64,000 nucleotides of DNA. Origin: Neoechinorhynchus agilis. Taxonomy: Eukaryota; Animalia; Acanthocephala. Of the stretch, positions 11,474-23,545 are shown piece by piece. A program made the translations under genes and the position numbers. Where the stretch lies: assembly GCA_051530055.1 (NCBI GenBank), contig CM121341.1:17400784-17464783 (forward strand). Direction: 5' to 3'. Numbering within the stretch: position 1 is the stretch's first letter; the number at the start of each line of letters is the position of its first letter. The notes beneath the pieces are model-generated. The model was not told where the DNA came from. It was given only the letters and a program-made list of their open reading frames with translations, and did no database searches.

Positions 11474-12634
11474 CAGCTAAAATCGGGTTCAAATATAATC
11501 ATGAGGAATTCGGGTGAATGATTGGAGGCGCGCAAGCAGGATGATTTTACAATTTTGTTGACGCAACCTTCTTTTTAGTGTCCAATTTTGAAAATGTTTG
11601 TTCGATTCGTCGATATTGAAGTCTAATTATCTTGTATTATTTCACGAACAAAAAGATGTCAAGTTTTTAATCTCGTCGCGAATCGCACGCTGATTTTGCT
11701 CATGAAAACAAAGAACAAGCTTTATCGAATTGTGTACCGTTTTCTCGCAGGCTATGATAAATAAAAGGAAATCATTTCAATATGAACATATTTTAAGCTC
11801 ATTTTCCTATCATGAACGATCGACAAACAAAAAATTACATTGTAAAATGTTAATATATTTGTAAGGCTTTCAGAATGAATGATTTGCCGGATTGATTTTT
11901 ATTCATCCTGTTATCTTATTTTTGTGTTTCGTTTGTTAAACAAGTCTTTCCGGCTTTCCGATGAACTAAAAATTTAGATGTCTTGGATAATTATCTTCAG
12001 GGATAAGAGATTTTCTTAGTTTTTCCACCCTGCATTTAAATTTACTAATTTATTTCCGATATTTCACGTCGGATAATTTCGACATTTTCCCAAGGTTTGT
12101 AATTGTTTTGCATGTTTGTCCTTTATAATGTCGGAATTATACAACGAAATATCAAAAAAAATATTATTAAATTTTTGAATCCGGCGTTGCGAAACTAAGA
12201 AAAAGAAGTTAAAAAATTTAATTATACGAATTTTAGCGATACTTCCTATTCTCGGTTTTTTAAGTTATTCTCAGTATTAATCGACGTTCGCAATACTTCG
12301 GAGATAAATGGGCTGAAATCGTGTTAAAAGGCAGGACGATCACTCTGTCTGCGATCACAAATCTCCGATGATCAAAAAGTTTTGATTCTAGATTGCTATC
12401 AAATCATTAGTCTCTTCTCGATTCAGGTTCGCATATTCAGTTCACTCTCACGCATCAGGATGCTCTTCATCGTACAAACAGTGGGTGCCACACTCAAAAT
12501 CGCATTTTTGAAACCTTTTGACGTTTATGACAAATGGACAAGTTGTGAAAATGAGTGCATATAGGACCTAGTAAAAAATGGAGACAACTGTCCTTAAATA
12601 TCGGCGTGTATAAAAACGCAACTAGACCACACAG

Positions 12635-13459
12635 ATGTTTGAGATGAAGTCAAACTTACCAAAATGGTTGCTTTTGAATGTCGTTCTATTGGTAGCTGTT
12701 ATCTGCATGTATTTCAGCATGTCTCCAGGAATCAGCGAAACCATCAAAGTATTTGCGAAAATTAAAATTGGCGATCATTCGCCTATTATATGCCGTCATG
12801 GAAAGAAAATCCTTAATCCATGTGCTCTGATAAAAGGGATGGTATCGCCAATTATAAACCTGGAAATTCGCTCTAACGTGCTCATGCCTAATTATGCCAA
12901 TGATTTTACGAGAAAGACGATTCTCGAAATGGATGAGTATAAATCTCGATTGATTATGGCACTCGCTCGTCGTTCGGACGTTATTTCTGAATATGGAAAG
13001 GTTCTGAATATAGGAAGATGTATTGCCAACGTCAAAAATTGCACTAACAAAAATTCTTATTGTGTTGTATTCGATGAGGGAATACTTAGTAAACTAGCAG
13101 ACCAATATATTAAAGTTGCTATAAAACTAGACAAATTCAAATGTCGCGGAAAGGAACCTGAAGAGGTATTTAAGAATTCGAATCAAGAAGGGCTGAAAGA
13201 TTGTATGTTTTCTTTCCCTAATCCGCTGGAATTGGCGTATTGTTACGTTGCCTATGGGGAGGGATGCGGTTCAATGCTAACTTATTTGGAGGCCGCAAAT
13301 GAGTTCCTTAAGGAAAATCTCCAATCAATACCCAATCAAGCAACCGGCGTTATCAACGTTGGATCAAATGGAAAGGTTCTGATGCTCAGAATTTCACAAA
13401 AAACAATTCAATTCATGCAATTTCGAGCTTCTAAGTCCAAGGGCTCGTGCCAAATTTGA
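12635..13459 (+). CDS. Uncharacterised 274-aa protein with an N-terminal signal/anchor and several cysteines
   Basis: Intact ATG-to-stop ORF, hydrophobic LLLNVVLLVAVICMYF, and AG immediately before the ATG as in neighbouring genes. No family recognised. Confidence 0.6.
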   Translation: MFEMKSNLPKWLLLNVVLLVAVICMYFSMSPGISETIKVFAKIKIGDHSPIICRHGKKILNPCALIKGMVSPIINLEIRSNVLMPNYANDFTRKTILEMDEYKSRLIMALARRSDVISEYGKVLNIGRCIANVKNCTNKNSYCVVFDEGILSKLADQYIKVAIKLDKFKCRGKEPEEVFKNSNQEGLKDCMFSFPNPLELAYCYVAYGEGCGSMLTYLEAANEFLKENLQSIPNQATGVINVGSNGKVLMLRISQKTIQFMQFRASKSKGSCQI

Positions 13460-14474
13460 TTTTTTTCGTTTTAAAGTAGCTTTGCATCGATTGCCAAAAA
13501 TAATCGAAATGAGACACTGATGTTTCGGCGTTCAATTCGTAACTAAAAAGACGTGAAATGTTTCTTTGGACAAAATATTGTTGATAATGTTAACAAATGG
13601 GCGCATTTTATGTTTTTTGCTAACTATTCCTTTTTTATTAGTTGGTAGATTGTCGACTGATTTCTCAACCGCATGTTGTCGTTTCGATTGTTGTTATTTA
13701 AGCAAGTTTCGCAGTTGAAACAAATGTTTATTAATGACCGAGATTTCTTAGTTTTACTTCTTCTTCAGGGTTCAACGAAACACACAATCTATAAAGGTAG
13801 TCAGAACAGGGTCAATGGGGAACTTAACTCATCTCTATACTCTCTATTTTAGCGATTTTAGCCTCTAGGTTTGCAATGTATTTGATCGTGTCGACAAAAA
13901 TCCGCCAGCTAACTATTCCTTAAAATAAATGCTTTTATTTCGACATATATATATAAAAACCTGAATTTTTTAATCAAAATTACAACGCTAGCGCAGTTTT
14001 TATAATTTGTAGCTTTAAAAATACACAAATGTTGAATGCATGTATAACCTTTATTTTAATAATAAATAATTGCTGCGAGCAATAAAAACCTAAAATAAGT
14101 GAATGTTGAACGCATAAATTGGCAACGATTTTATGTAAATGTTTATTAAATTTATGACGAAAAACCAGAATTATGGGTCATTTGTCATATTTTACAACTA
14201 GTATTGATTTTGCAGAGTATTGAACTTCGAGCAGTTTATTTGACTTAGCAGGTTACGATTTCCCTCGTATTGCTCTTCGCATCGCTATCAGAAAAATGAA
14301 TGTCAGCAATCTTTATGAAGTTCCCTGTTTAAGTTCTCCGCTAAACAGATCGAATTGCTCTTAGCTTCTTGATCCAAGAAAATATCTTAAAAAATAGCTT
14401 GCAACATAATAAGGCACATAATTGAGTAGTAATGGAAGCAGAAGTTATGAACGGAGCAAAGATAATTGGAATTA

Positions 14475-14690
14475 TTGTTTAGGTCTTCACCCGGTAATTA
14501 ATTTTTTATAGAAAATGTTTCGAACCTCGTCAGGTTCATCATCAATTTATTAGTTATTTAAAGACGTACAAGCTGATGATGAAGCCAATTAAATTCGAAA
14601 CGTTTTTAATAAAAAATTATTTACCGGGTGAAGATCTAGGCAATAAGTCTAATCACATACCCCGACACCTTCTCACATATCGACAATGTT
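14475..14690. mobile_element. Inverted pair of Penelope-type pseudo-LTR units with degenerate minimal hammerhead motifs
   Basis: Minus strand (T)TGATGA-TGAACCTGACGAGGTTC-GAAAC at 14516-14545; plus strand CTGATGA-TGAAG...TTC-GAAACGTT at 14573-14604. Both continue into aaaaaatta..taccgggtgaaga.cta. Confidence 0.6.
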
Positions 14691-14799
14691 AGTTGCCTTA
14701 GTAAGATGCAAAAAGGAGCGGTTTTCATCGACGATAAAAGTTGATTAACGAAATTACGAACTTGCGTTCTTATCATACTTTACTAGTTTATCTAATCGC

Positions 14800-15090
14800 T
14801 GGAGGTGCAGTCAATGCAGCGGAAGGGAGGAAGGTACGAAAATAAAGGGATTTAGCTCCCCTTCGGAGTAGAGACGTATGGAGCACTTGGCTGCTCGGCA
14901 CTCATTCGGCTCCAGGATCTCTCGAAGAAATTGAGAGAAACCACCGGCGACGCACGAGCAGGTGTATTCTTGCGACAAAATATCTCGCTCGCAGTACAAA
15001 GAGGCAATGCTGCTAGCGTGATAGCGACAGCCAAGGAAGGAGAGAAGCTAAGATTTTGCAGACGGTGGTGATTGCACGTTTTGTGCTTTA
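14800..15090 (+). mobile_element. 3' fragment of a CRE/RLE-type non-LTR retrotransposon
   Basis: Encodes ...AGVFLRQNISLAVQRGNAASVIAT, the C-terminal motif of restriction-like-endonuclease LINEs. Near-identical to 23560-23945 in opposite orientation. Confidence 0.75.
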
Positions 15091-15519
15091 TTATTGCCAA
15101 ATAAATAAACGGAAACATGAAATTTTTTTAGATTTGATTTACTTTTTAGTTATGGTATTTTGACAATGATGTTCAGGGTTTTACTGAATATATGTTGAAA
15201 AAATCTAGTTTTAATAGATACTTTAGGCCAAATAGAATCGTTTACATGGTCCGCTTTGGGGCAAATAATATGTGAATGCTTAGCATCAGCATTTCCTACC
15301 ATTAAGTGTGAAACTGCACTGCCGTTTGCAGTCTTAGAATTCTGTAAAATTGCTAAAAAAAGGTCAATCTAGGCAATTTCAAATGTTTTTGACGGTAATG
15401 AATCGTGTAACCTCGCTAGGTCTAGAAAATTTTCACATTAATAAATATTGACATTTCTGAGGGGTGAGTCACCGATGCCCCTTCCGAAAAAACGTTCTAC
15501 GTTGCTTCTGTAATACCGG

Positions 15520-16400
15520 CCACGCATCGCTGGAATAATGAATTACTCCAACAACATGAACTTGATCTTGATGAAAACTTATTCCGGCAAAGGTGTTACG
15601 CTTGGTATAGTCGATAATACGCTCGAAGAAAGTCATCCTGAGTTAATGGATAGCTTGCTTACTTTTGAGTCATTCAGTAACCACGATTCCAAATACTTTA
15701 TCGTTTCCAGTGGAACGGCATGTCTAAATGATGGGAAGCATGATCAGAATAACAACTTTTGTGGACTGGACCTCGCTTATAACGTTCGCCTAGTCACCCG
15801 CAGCATCAACATGCTGAACTACGGTTTCTTGGATGACAATCCAAAACTAAAATTTTTCAATTCCTTACAACTGCAATATTGCACACCTCACAATGATATC
15901 TTTTTTGGGAATTTTAGCATTAAATCTTATTTTATTATTGTTGCCGTTTGAACATCATGATAGGATCCGAGAAATGACGAATTTTTTTAGCATGGTGTCT
16001 CTTAAGAAATACTTTTATCCATTAAAAAATCACATTGACAATCGCCGCTAACTGCAATATTGCATTTTAAACTCTTCAGTCGATGTGTTCAGCATCTCAG
16101 TAAAAGTTAACCCAATTAAAGATTCTTCAAAACGATTAAGTACCTCCGAACGATTGTTTCTGGCTGATTTTACAACCTTTAGCCGAAATGGAAAATCTAC
16201 CAAAGAATACTACCAACCGTGATGGAAGCAACTTCTTTGGTTGGAAAAGGGAAGAAACATGAGGTGTTTATTTCACAGTATCCACGTCATCCCAAGGTTC
16301 AGTTTCTCAAGTGCTGTGATGCTCACTTGCAATCACCATCTTTTATGTACACGGGCAGAGTCACCAGACCAAACGATAAAAACTAATAACGCTGTTAATT
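15520..16400 (+). pseudogene. Degenerate kexin/furin-like (S8) protease fragment
   Basis: YSGKGVTLGIVDNTLEESHPEL and SSGTAC...NNNFCGLDLAYNVRL mirror the convertase motifs GYTGxGxxVxILDDG.E.xHPDL and HGTRC...NNxxCGVGVAYN. The catalytic His is replaced; stops and frameshifts follow. Confidence 0.55.
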
Positions 16401-16599
16401 TTTCTGGCAACTTTACTTTTAACCTCCCCGATATTGATTGATTTTTTGTAAATTTTCTCGACCGCATGCAGTTCTATTCAGACATCTATAAAAAAATCCG
16501 TTTTAGATTAATTGGTGCCTACATGACTGAACTAAGGTCCCCGGGGGTCGTGAAGACCGAAAGTGATCTCACCCTTCCTTGAGTATTTGTAAGCTTGAT

Positions 16600-17350
16600 G
16601 CTATCTTTTGGAATCCTCAGATTCCAAGACATCGTATTACCTTCCATACAACATACAGACATAAAAAGCGCCTCCTTGATCCTCTTCTCCTTGTGTTAGT
16701 TTCCTTATTGCAGCGTTCGAAAAATCAATTCTATGAACTGTCAACGCAACGTGGTTGCAAATTGCAGACGACGTGTCTCCCCTTCTTGCGTAACCTTTAT
16801 GTTGGTCTATCCTTTTTTAAGTTAGTTGACCGATGTAGATTTTATCACAGCTCCTCAAACCTGGAATCCGATAGACCACATCTTTGTTTTGCTGTTTGCG
16901 TTTCCTTTAAAAGATACTATCAAGGTTTGTCCCCGCTTTCATGTACGGGATGATCTCCTCGTTCCTTTACCTCCTCTTTAGATGCCGTCGTATTTGGGAG
17001 TGCAACTTTTCATTAATGAATTGAGTCTGCACAAATTTCCTCTACCCGTTAGACACTATGTCACTGTGAGGATTCATATCGGACCCCCGTCTACACATTT
17101 GAGCTACTCATGAACTTGCTTTTCGTCTGATAATACGACCGGTTCACTGCCCATTTCGGATAAATCTCATAAAGTAACATCTGTGGGATAATGTCGATCT
17201 CGACCGCACGCAGGAAATCTTTATTTTCGAGAATTCGCCTATGACTTCCTCAGGAAACAACAAAGGTCAGTGGAAATGTGAAGTTTGTTAAAGTAGCGAC
17301 ATCGAAGCGGAAAGTTCGTCCTGTTTGCTCGGCAGATGTTGGGTTTTCAT
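16600..17350 (-). mobile_element. Penelope-like element remnant (GIY-YIG endonuclease, decayed)
   Basis: Minus-strand translation near 16690-16890: KDVVYRIPGLRSCDKIYIGQLT*KRIDQHKGYARRGDTSSAICNH, homologous to the fragment at 50190-50420. Upstream extent is approximate. Confidence 0.7.
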
Positions 17351-17667
17351 GGTCACCGCTATTTATTATTGATTAGGGGGCAGAATACGAGATCAAACAA
17401 TTTTGTATTGCCATATTATGATGGATATTCGAAAAAATTGAAGGCTACAGACTAACCAATCAATTAAATTTTTGAGGCTACATTTCTTTATGTTCTTTTA
17501 CACTGAGGAATGTTAAATCAAGATGTTTTTAGCAATTCGTGTGTTAGCGAAGTCATAAAGTCACAAAACACTAAAGAAAATTTTTTATTGAAGAAATAAG
17601 GCATCCGAATCCTGCACAATTTAAATATCGAAATCTTTTTTTAAATGAGCAAATTATTAATGTTCGG

Positions 17668-19650
17668 TTATAGATCTGAAATAATTTCGATATCCGTAAA
17701 AGTCACATCAACCTCAGTAATTGTTCCCGCCTCTCGGAATGCACCACTATAAAATTCTCGAATTGGATTGTGAGAAATATTGAGAATATGTAGACTTTTT
17801 AGATTCGATAAATGATAACTAGGGAATATCCAAAAACCATTTTTGGCCAAATGTAGGAAAATGACATTGTTTAGTCCATAGAACATGTCCTGTACATCAA
17901 GATTTCTTAGATGGTTATTTGCCAGATCAAGCGTTTTCAATTCCTGGCAATGTTCAAATGATCGAGGAACAATTTTCCAAATCTTGTTAAATTGAACGCA
18001 CAGGAATTGAAGTTTTGTTAATAAAAGAAAATCATCATTATCGATTACGGATATCTCATTATGGCTCAAGTCGAGTGAAAACGTCTCATTTGCATTGATC
18101 AGTTGATGAACGTCTTTTATGCAATGTAGATTTTTCGATGTTAGCACAGTAACATTTATTGTGATATTAAATTGCCGAACCATGTCCTGAACACCAAAAG
18201 CTTCTCGTGATGGTTGAGGCATAAATTCTATGACATCGAAAATTTCGAGGAAAACATCAGTATTTCGCCTTCCATCGTACAATAAAAGCGAAATTGAGGT
18301 ATTCTTTACAATACACTGCCTCACTTTATTAGCGCCAATAATGATCGGGTCTATAACTTTTAATGGATTATGAGATAAATCGAGCATTTGGAGGTTCTTC
18401 AAAGTATTCAAAAAATTTCGAGGCAGTGTTATTAAATCGTTATTGGCCATAGAAAGCGTATTTATTCGGGCATTGTTCTTCAGAATTTCTTGAAACAGAT
18501 ATGAAATTTGGTTACTTCTGAGGTTGAGAATTCTTAGTCGCCGAAGATGCGAAAATGCATATCTGCTAATGCTAGAAATTCGATTATGTGACAAATCCAA
18601 ATGGTATAGATTTGACCATTGCGAAAAGCACGAATCATCAAGTTTACTGATTCGATTTCCTGACAAAACCATGGATTCCACCAATTTGCTTGTACGTTCG
18701 TTTCCAGCTGGGACTTCCTCGAGATGCGCCGTATTAACTTCTAAGCGAGTGAGTTTAGGAATTTTGCGTAAAGAACTCGCGTTCAGAAATCGTGTTGTTC
18801 CTCCTGAAACTATAAATTCCTTCAGGCTGCCAAAATGCGTTTCTCCTCGGAATAAATCATTCAATTCTCCATTAAAACTAAATGCCAGAATTTTCAAAGT
18901 CTCAAATCGAGTAAATCGATTTAATCCAAGTCTACGCAAAGGATTGTTTTCCATTCTGAGCTCCTTTAATTTTTCGAATCGATATCCATAAGGTATAATG
19001 GCAAATTCAATTTTGTTTTTAGATAGGTCAAGCACTTTTAGATTGATCATACGACTGATAATAGACAAACAATCACCACTTAATCGATTATTGTACAGGT
19101 TTAGAAATTTAAGCTTAAAAAGGTGGTTACCCATTTTTGAATCCAGCACCGTTATTTTGTTACGCATTAGATTAAGATGGGTTAAGTGGTTAAATCCCTT
19201 AAAGGAATCATCTTCAATTTCGTATAGGTCCGCATATCGAATTGAAAGCTTTTTGAGATGTTTAAAATTTTGGATCATATACTTGTCGATTTTAGATACC
19301 TTGTCCGTTAATTTTCTGCAAAATATTGACATGTCTTCAACGTTTGGAAGAATAAATTCAAGATCATTGGGGAGTTCTTCTAGCAATACTTTCTCGATGA
19401 ATAATGTAGTAATATTTTTCTCAACTGTTTTAAGAGTATTGGATAACGATTGCCCACCTTTGTATAGTATGCATTTTATCCGTGATGCACTATCATCGGC
19501 GATATTTGATACAATACATCGTTCATTCTGATTTGATGTTTGTTCTGTTATCTTTCCTTCAGATGCCACTTTCGATAATTCACATTTGACAAGAAAGCAA
19601 AGAACCACGATCAAATTAAACAGCGTTCTCCTAGAATAATACGATCTCAT
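17668..19650 (-). CDS. Secreted LRR protein, copy 2 (intact ATG)
   Basis: Collinear with 286-2274 over its full length, with homologous 5' and 3' flanks. Signal peptide MRSYYSRRTLFNLIVVLCFLVKC. Confidence 0.85.
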   Translation of the reverse strand: MRSYYSRRTLFNLIVVLCFLVKCELSKVASEGKITEQTSNQNERCIVSNIADDSASRIKCILYKGGQSLSNTLKTVEKNITTLFIEKVLLEELPNDLEFILPNVEDMSIFCRKLTDKVSKIDKYMIQNFKHLKKLSIRYADLYEIEDDSFKGFNHLTHLNLMRNKITVLDSKMGNHLFKLKFLNLYNNRLSGDCLSIISRMINLKVLDLSKNKIEFAIIPYGYRFEKLKELRMENNPLRRLGLNRFTRFETLKILAFSFNGELNDLFRGETHFGSLKEFIVSGGTTRFLNASSLRKIPKLTRLEVNTAHLEEVPAGNERTSKLVESMVLSGNRISKLDDSCFSQWSNLYHLDLSHNRISSISRYAFSHLRRLRILNLRSNQISYLFQEILKNNARINTLSMANNDLITLPRNFLNTLKNLQMLDLSHNPLKVIDPIIIGANKVRQCIVKNTSISLLLYDGRRNTDVFLEIFDVIEFMPQPSREAFGVQDMVRQFNITINVTVLTSKNLHCIKDVHQLINANETFSLDLSHNEISVIDNDDFLLLTKLQFLCVQFNKIWKIVPRSFEHCQELKTLDLANNHLRNLDVQDMFYGLNNVIFLHLAKNGFWIFPSYHLSNLKSLHILNISHNPIREFYSGAFREAGTITEVDVTFTDIEIISDL

Positions 19651-21801
19651 TGTCTCGAGTGTGTTCGTGAGTTTCTTTGCGAGTCAATTTTTAGGTGCAA
19701 TATAAAGCTTCAACATTAATGCAATTCGAGATGTCGCATGTCAAAAAATCTGTCGTTGGACATTTTTGATTGATGTTTGCAAATATGTGCACATTTTAAA
19801 GCACATTAATTTTAGATAGTTATTTAGTTAACTGCGCTTTCAGCGGTAACATTCTTCGTTTCTGGGTTTGTTTATACGGTAAAATGATCATATGAAATTA
19901 ACCTTTCTTGCACATTTTAAAATAAACATTCTATGTTAGACTAATATCAAAATGAATTTATTAGTTATCGTATAATCTTTATTAGGTTAACATACGCTTT
20001 TCCCGTGACGAAAAGTTACAGTTAATCGATTATTTTTCACTTAGCGAAGAAATGCGTCGGATAAAAAATTATTTACTTGCCTTTTATTTTAGTTCGACTG
20101 TCAATTTCTTGCTTTAGTTGCTTTACTCGGCAAATGGTACTGACAAATAACGTTCCAAATAATCCCTCAGAAGATGGCGATTTTTCATTGGCTGGAATCG
20201 GATACGTTATAATGTTTTGATTGGCTGTTCACCAGTTCCACAATGGGAGCCAGCTTTTTATTAGCTTCCTTTAATGCCGGATGATGAGAACCGAAAGGAC
20301 TTAGCGAGTGAAAGAAAATACAAAGATCGGGCAGTCGGACACTTATAGCGAATTTCTGATCAGCATTTAAAAATATTCTGCTTATCCACCCTCGATACCA
20401 TGCTCTCACAATCTTATAAATTCGCGCAAACGCGTGCGGTTGAGCAAAGTTTCTTAAAACATTGATTGTGATGTTATAACAGCGATTGCACCGAAGAAAA
20501 TTTCATTTTCTGAGGCTTGAGAAAATTTACAATAAATCAATTAAAATCTGGGAGGTTAAGAGTAAACTTGCCAGAACAATTAATAATTTCATTCCATCGG
20601 ATTCAATCCAAGAAACTAATAACGTTCTTTGATTTTACGTTTCGGATGGCGCAAAAATACGGAAATTTGGCATGGCAGCCAAAAAGGACCGGTTTTAATA
20701 CCAGCAAATCTTCGATCGAGACTTCCGGTGGTCATTTGTTTTGTTTTCAACATAAAAAGTTTTCCTAGTTTGTGATAATCAACCGAAATTGGTATGTCGA
20801 TGAAAAGTGCCTATTTTTCCCTATCCGGCTTTTTAAGAGTCGAAAAACGCCTTTACTTGCTCGGAGGAACGATTGTCTTTTATTTTTAGATATCAATAAA
20901 ATCTTCGTTTGGAATCAAGTTATTTTTATCATCCAACTTTATAGCTCGGCGAATTTATTCGATCTAACTTCTCAGAATGTTCGATTCTATCTATCTTTAC
21001 TTTTTTGATAGAAAACAAAACTTTAAAAGTGTAATTTTCTACAGGTTAGACCTGAGTTTATTTGTGTGACAATTCTGACAGCGATTAAGTCCCTTTAAAA
21101 AAGAAATTTCGATATTTATGTATTCTCAGTAGTTATAAAAATTCGCTAGATTGAAATCTGATTGTCGAGCAATTAGACCGGGCGATAGCGCGCCTATTGC
21201 TTTCAAAATCTCCGGCCTTAAATTCCGCGGTTGAAATGTCCCAATAAAGTCTGGTTTCTGTAATTCATAACTACTCATCAAAACCCGTTTACCATCATCA
21301 GCAGCAGAAATGTGGTTTTACCTTCAATGCTAAAAGAATGCGTACTGATGATTTCAGTTCTCATGCCCCCTGAATACAATTGAAAATTTAGTTCGTAAAA
21401 ATACACTGAACTGAGTCTATGAAATTCAAGAACACATTTAAGGGGCCATATGGCTTCACTGGTTCCACAAACGTGTTTTCAGGATGATTAGTGTTGATGA
21501 AAGTCGATGCTCCTTTAAAGCTTACTTTAACTAAAATCTAAGATATTGATTAATAGAGCGATTTCACCAACGTAACTCCATCAAGCATTGCAGTATCAAT
21601 CAAAATGAACGTCCTTCTGACGAGCCCTGCGATATTTCTGTTCCTTCTTATCCGCAAAGGCATGATAGAAACTCTGCAATTCATCGGATGGAGCGGTTTA
21701 GTTCAGGTTAGTATTAAAATTTTGAACGGTTTTTTAAAGAACACCATCGATTAGATGACGCTAGGATATCCGTTTCTCTCTAAATACCCACTTAGTAATC
21801 A

Positions 21802-22755
21802 ATGGCCTTAACTCAACAATATCTGAAAGATAATCTGGCCGGTAAAGATAAACGCCATTTTTATTTTATCGCATTTGTTCACTGCCAAGGAATAGCGCAA
21901 CAAAGCGAACTCGTATCTATTCAAGAGCTTCTTTTGTCGAAGAAATCAAATTACATTGAATCAATCATAACGTTCAATGGAGATTTCGTTTTCAAAGATG
22001 TCGATCCTCTCTTCGATCTTCGTGTCTATATCTATGCATTGCAACGAAATGAGCAAAATCGACGAGGTCCTCATGCACTTCAAGCCATAACGCGACTTAT
22101 GAAAGGCCGTGAACTTGAAGGAGTGAGTAAAGATCTTCATTTTGTCCAAGTGGATTGCCTTAAACTGAACAGTGATAATTTCTGTGATGGAGTTGCAACG
22201 ATGGTAGGTGTGACAGCTTCTATGCCCATAACTGGGCATTTCTTCTACATTCCGACGTTCAAAATTAATGATGATATTCGATGTGAAGGATACCTGAACA
22301 TGCTTGAGTTTGAATCCGGTTATTGGTTTCGCGTAAGAGCGAATCTTGAAGGAAATATATTACGATTATGGGCGATTGAAGAAGGAGACGACGATTCTCA
22401 AAATCCCTTTCAAACACTTGACCTAGAACTTTGGGCTTCAGTATCAATTGTGAAGACTCCGGTGACACTTGTGCCAAAGTCCAAATGTGAACGCGATAAT
22501 ACGTTTGAACTTTCTCGTATTTACTTCGAATATTTGGATAAAGATGAAGCGGAACAGCTACCTCTTCAATACTGGTTCTCTGCTGATAGTGCCGACGATG
22601 CAAGAAGATGGTGTAGACGATTAAATCAAATGCTTGATTTGGTAGCGTTCTGGTCACCTTTGTATGTGAATTTTAAAACACTTCACAAGAAAGTGTTTGC
22701 CGGACCTGACAATGGTTGTATTGAAGTCGCTAATGATAAGAACGAAAAACACTGA
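21802..22755 (+). CDS. Truncated anillin duplicate (C2 + PH only); ATG created at the duplication junction
   Basis: Protein after the Met is identical to the C-terminal 316 aa of the 10064-11473 ORF, and the overlapping antisense ORFs are identical too. Offset 11282 bp; similarity continues to ~23525. Confidence 0.7.
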   Translation: MALTQQYLKDNLAGKDKRHFYFIAFVHCQGIAQQSELVSIQELLLSKKSNYIESIITFNGDFVFKDVDPLFDLRVYIYALQRNEQNRRGPHALQAITRLMKGRELEGVSKDLHFVQVDCLKLNSDNFCDGVATMVGVTASMPITGHFFYIPTFKINDDIRCEGYLNMLEFESGYWFRVRANLEGNILRLWAIEEGDDDSQNPFQTLDLELWASVSIVKTPVTLVPKSKCERDNTFELSRIYFEYLDKDEAEQLPLQYWFSADSADDARRWCRRLNQMLDLVAFWSPLYVNFKTLHKKVFAGPDNGCIEVANDKNEKH

Positions 22756-23545
22756 CAGCTAAAATCGGGTTCAAATATAATCATGAGGAATTCGGGTGAA
22801 TGATTGGAGGCGCGCAAGCAGGATGATTTTACAATTTTGTTGACGCAACCTTCTTTTTAGTGTCCAATTTTGAAAATGTTTGTTCGATTCGTCGATATTG
22901 AAGTCTAATTATCTTGTATTATTTCACGAACAAAAAGATGTCAAGTTTTTAATCTCGTCGCGAATCTCACTTTTTGATTAAGGTGAAATAAGCGGATTAC
23001 TGCTCTTTATTTGATAACCAAAAATTAATACGTCTGAGTAGCTCATAAAGCACGCTGATTTTACTCATGAAAACAAAGAACAAGCTTTATCGAAATGTGT
23101 ACCGTTTTCTCGCAGGCTATGATAAATTGAAGGAAATCGTTTCAATATGAAAATATTTTAAGCTCATTTCCCTATCATGAACGATCGACAAACAAAAAAT
23201 TACATTGTAAAATGTTAATATATTTGTAAGGTTTTCGGATACTCCGTCCTAAATCGGTGCTCACATTTTTAGAAACATGAATGATTTGCCGGATTGATTT
23301 TTATTCATCCTACCACTTTTTGTGTTTCGTTTGTTAAACAAGTCTTTCCGGCTTTCCGATGAACTAAAAATTTAGATGTCTTGGATGATGACCTTCGGGG
23401 ATAAGAGATTTTCTTAGTTTTTCCACCCTGCATTTAAATTTACTATTTTATTTCTGATATTTCATGTCGGATAATTTCGACATTTTCCTAAGATTTGTAA
23501 TTGTTTCGCATGTTTGTCCTTTATAATGTCAAAATTCATTTTTTA

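Noticed and set aside
12635-13459. Resemblance to CD38/ADP-ribosyl cyclase (GRC, LAD, KDC..NP, V..NG)
   Set aside because: Motif spacing would need a ~60-aa deletion and the catalytic/Trp motifs are missing; probably coincidental.
16528-16575. CTGAACTAA-GGTC...GACC-GAAA as a hammerhead next to the Penelope remnant
   Set aside because: The core deviates from CUGANGA and no stem I or III is evident.
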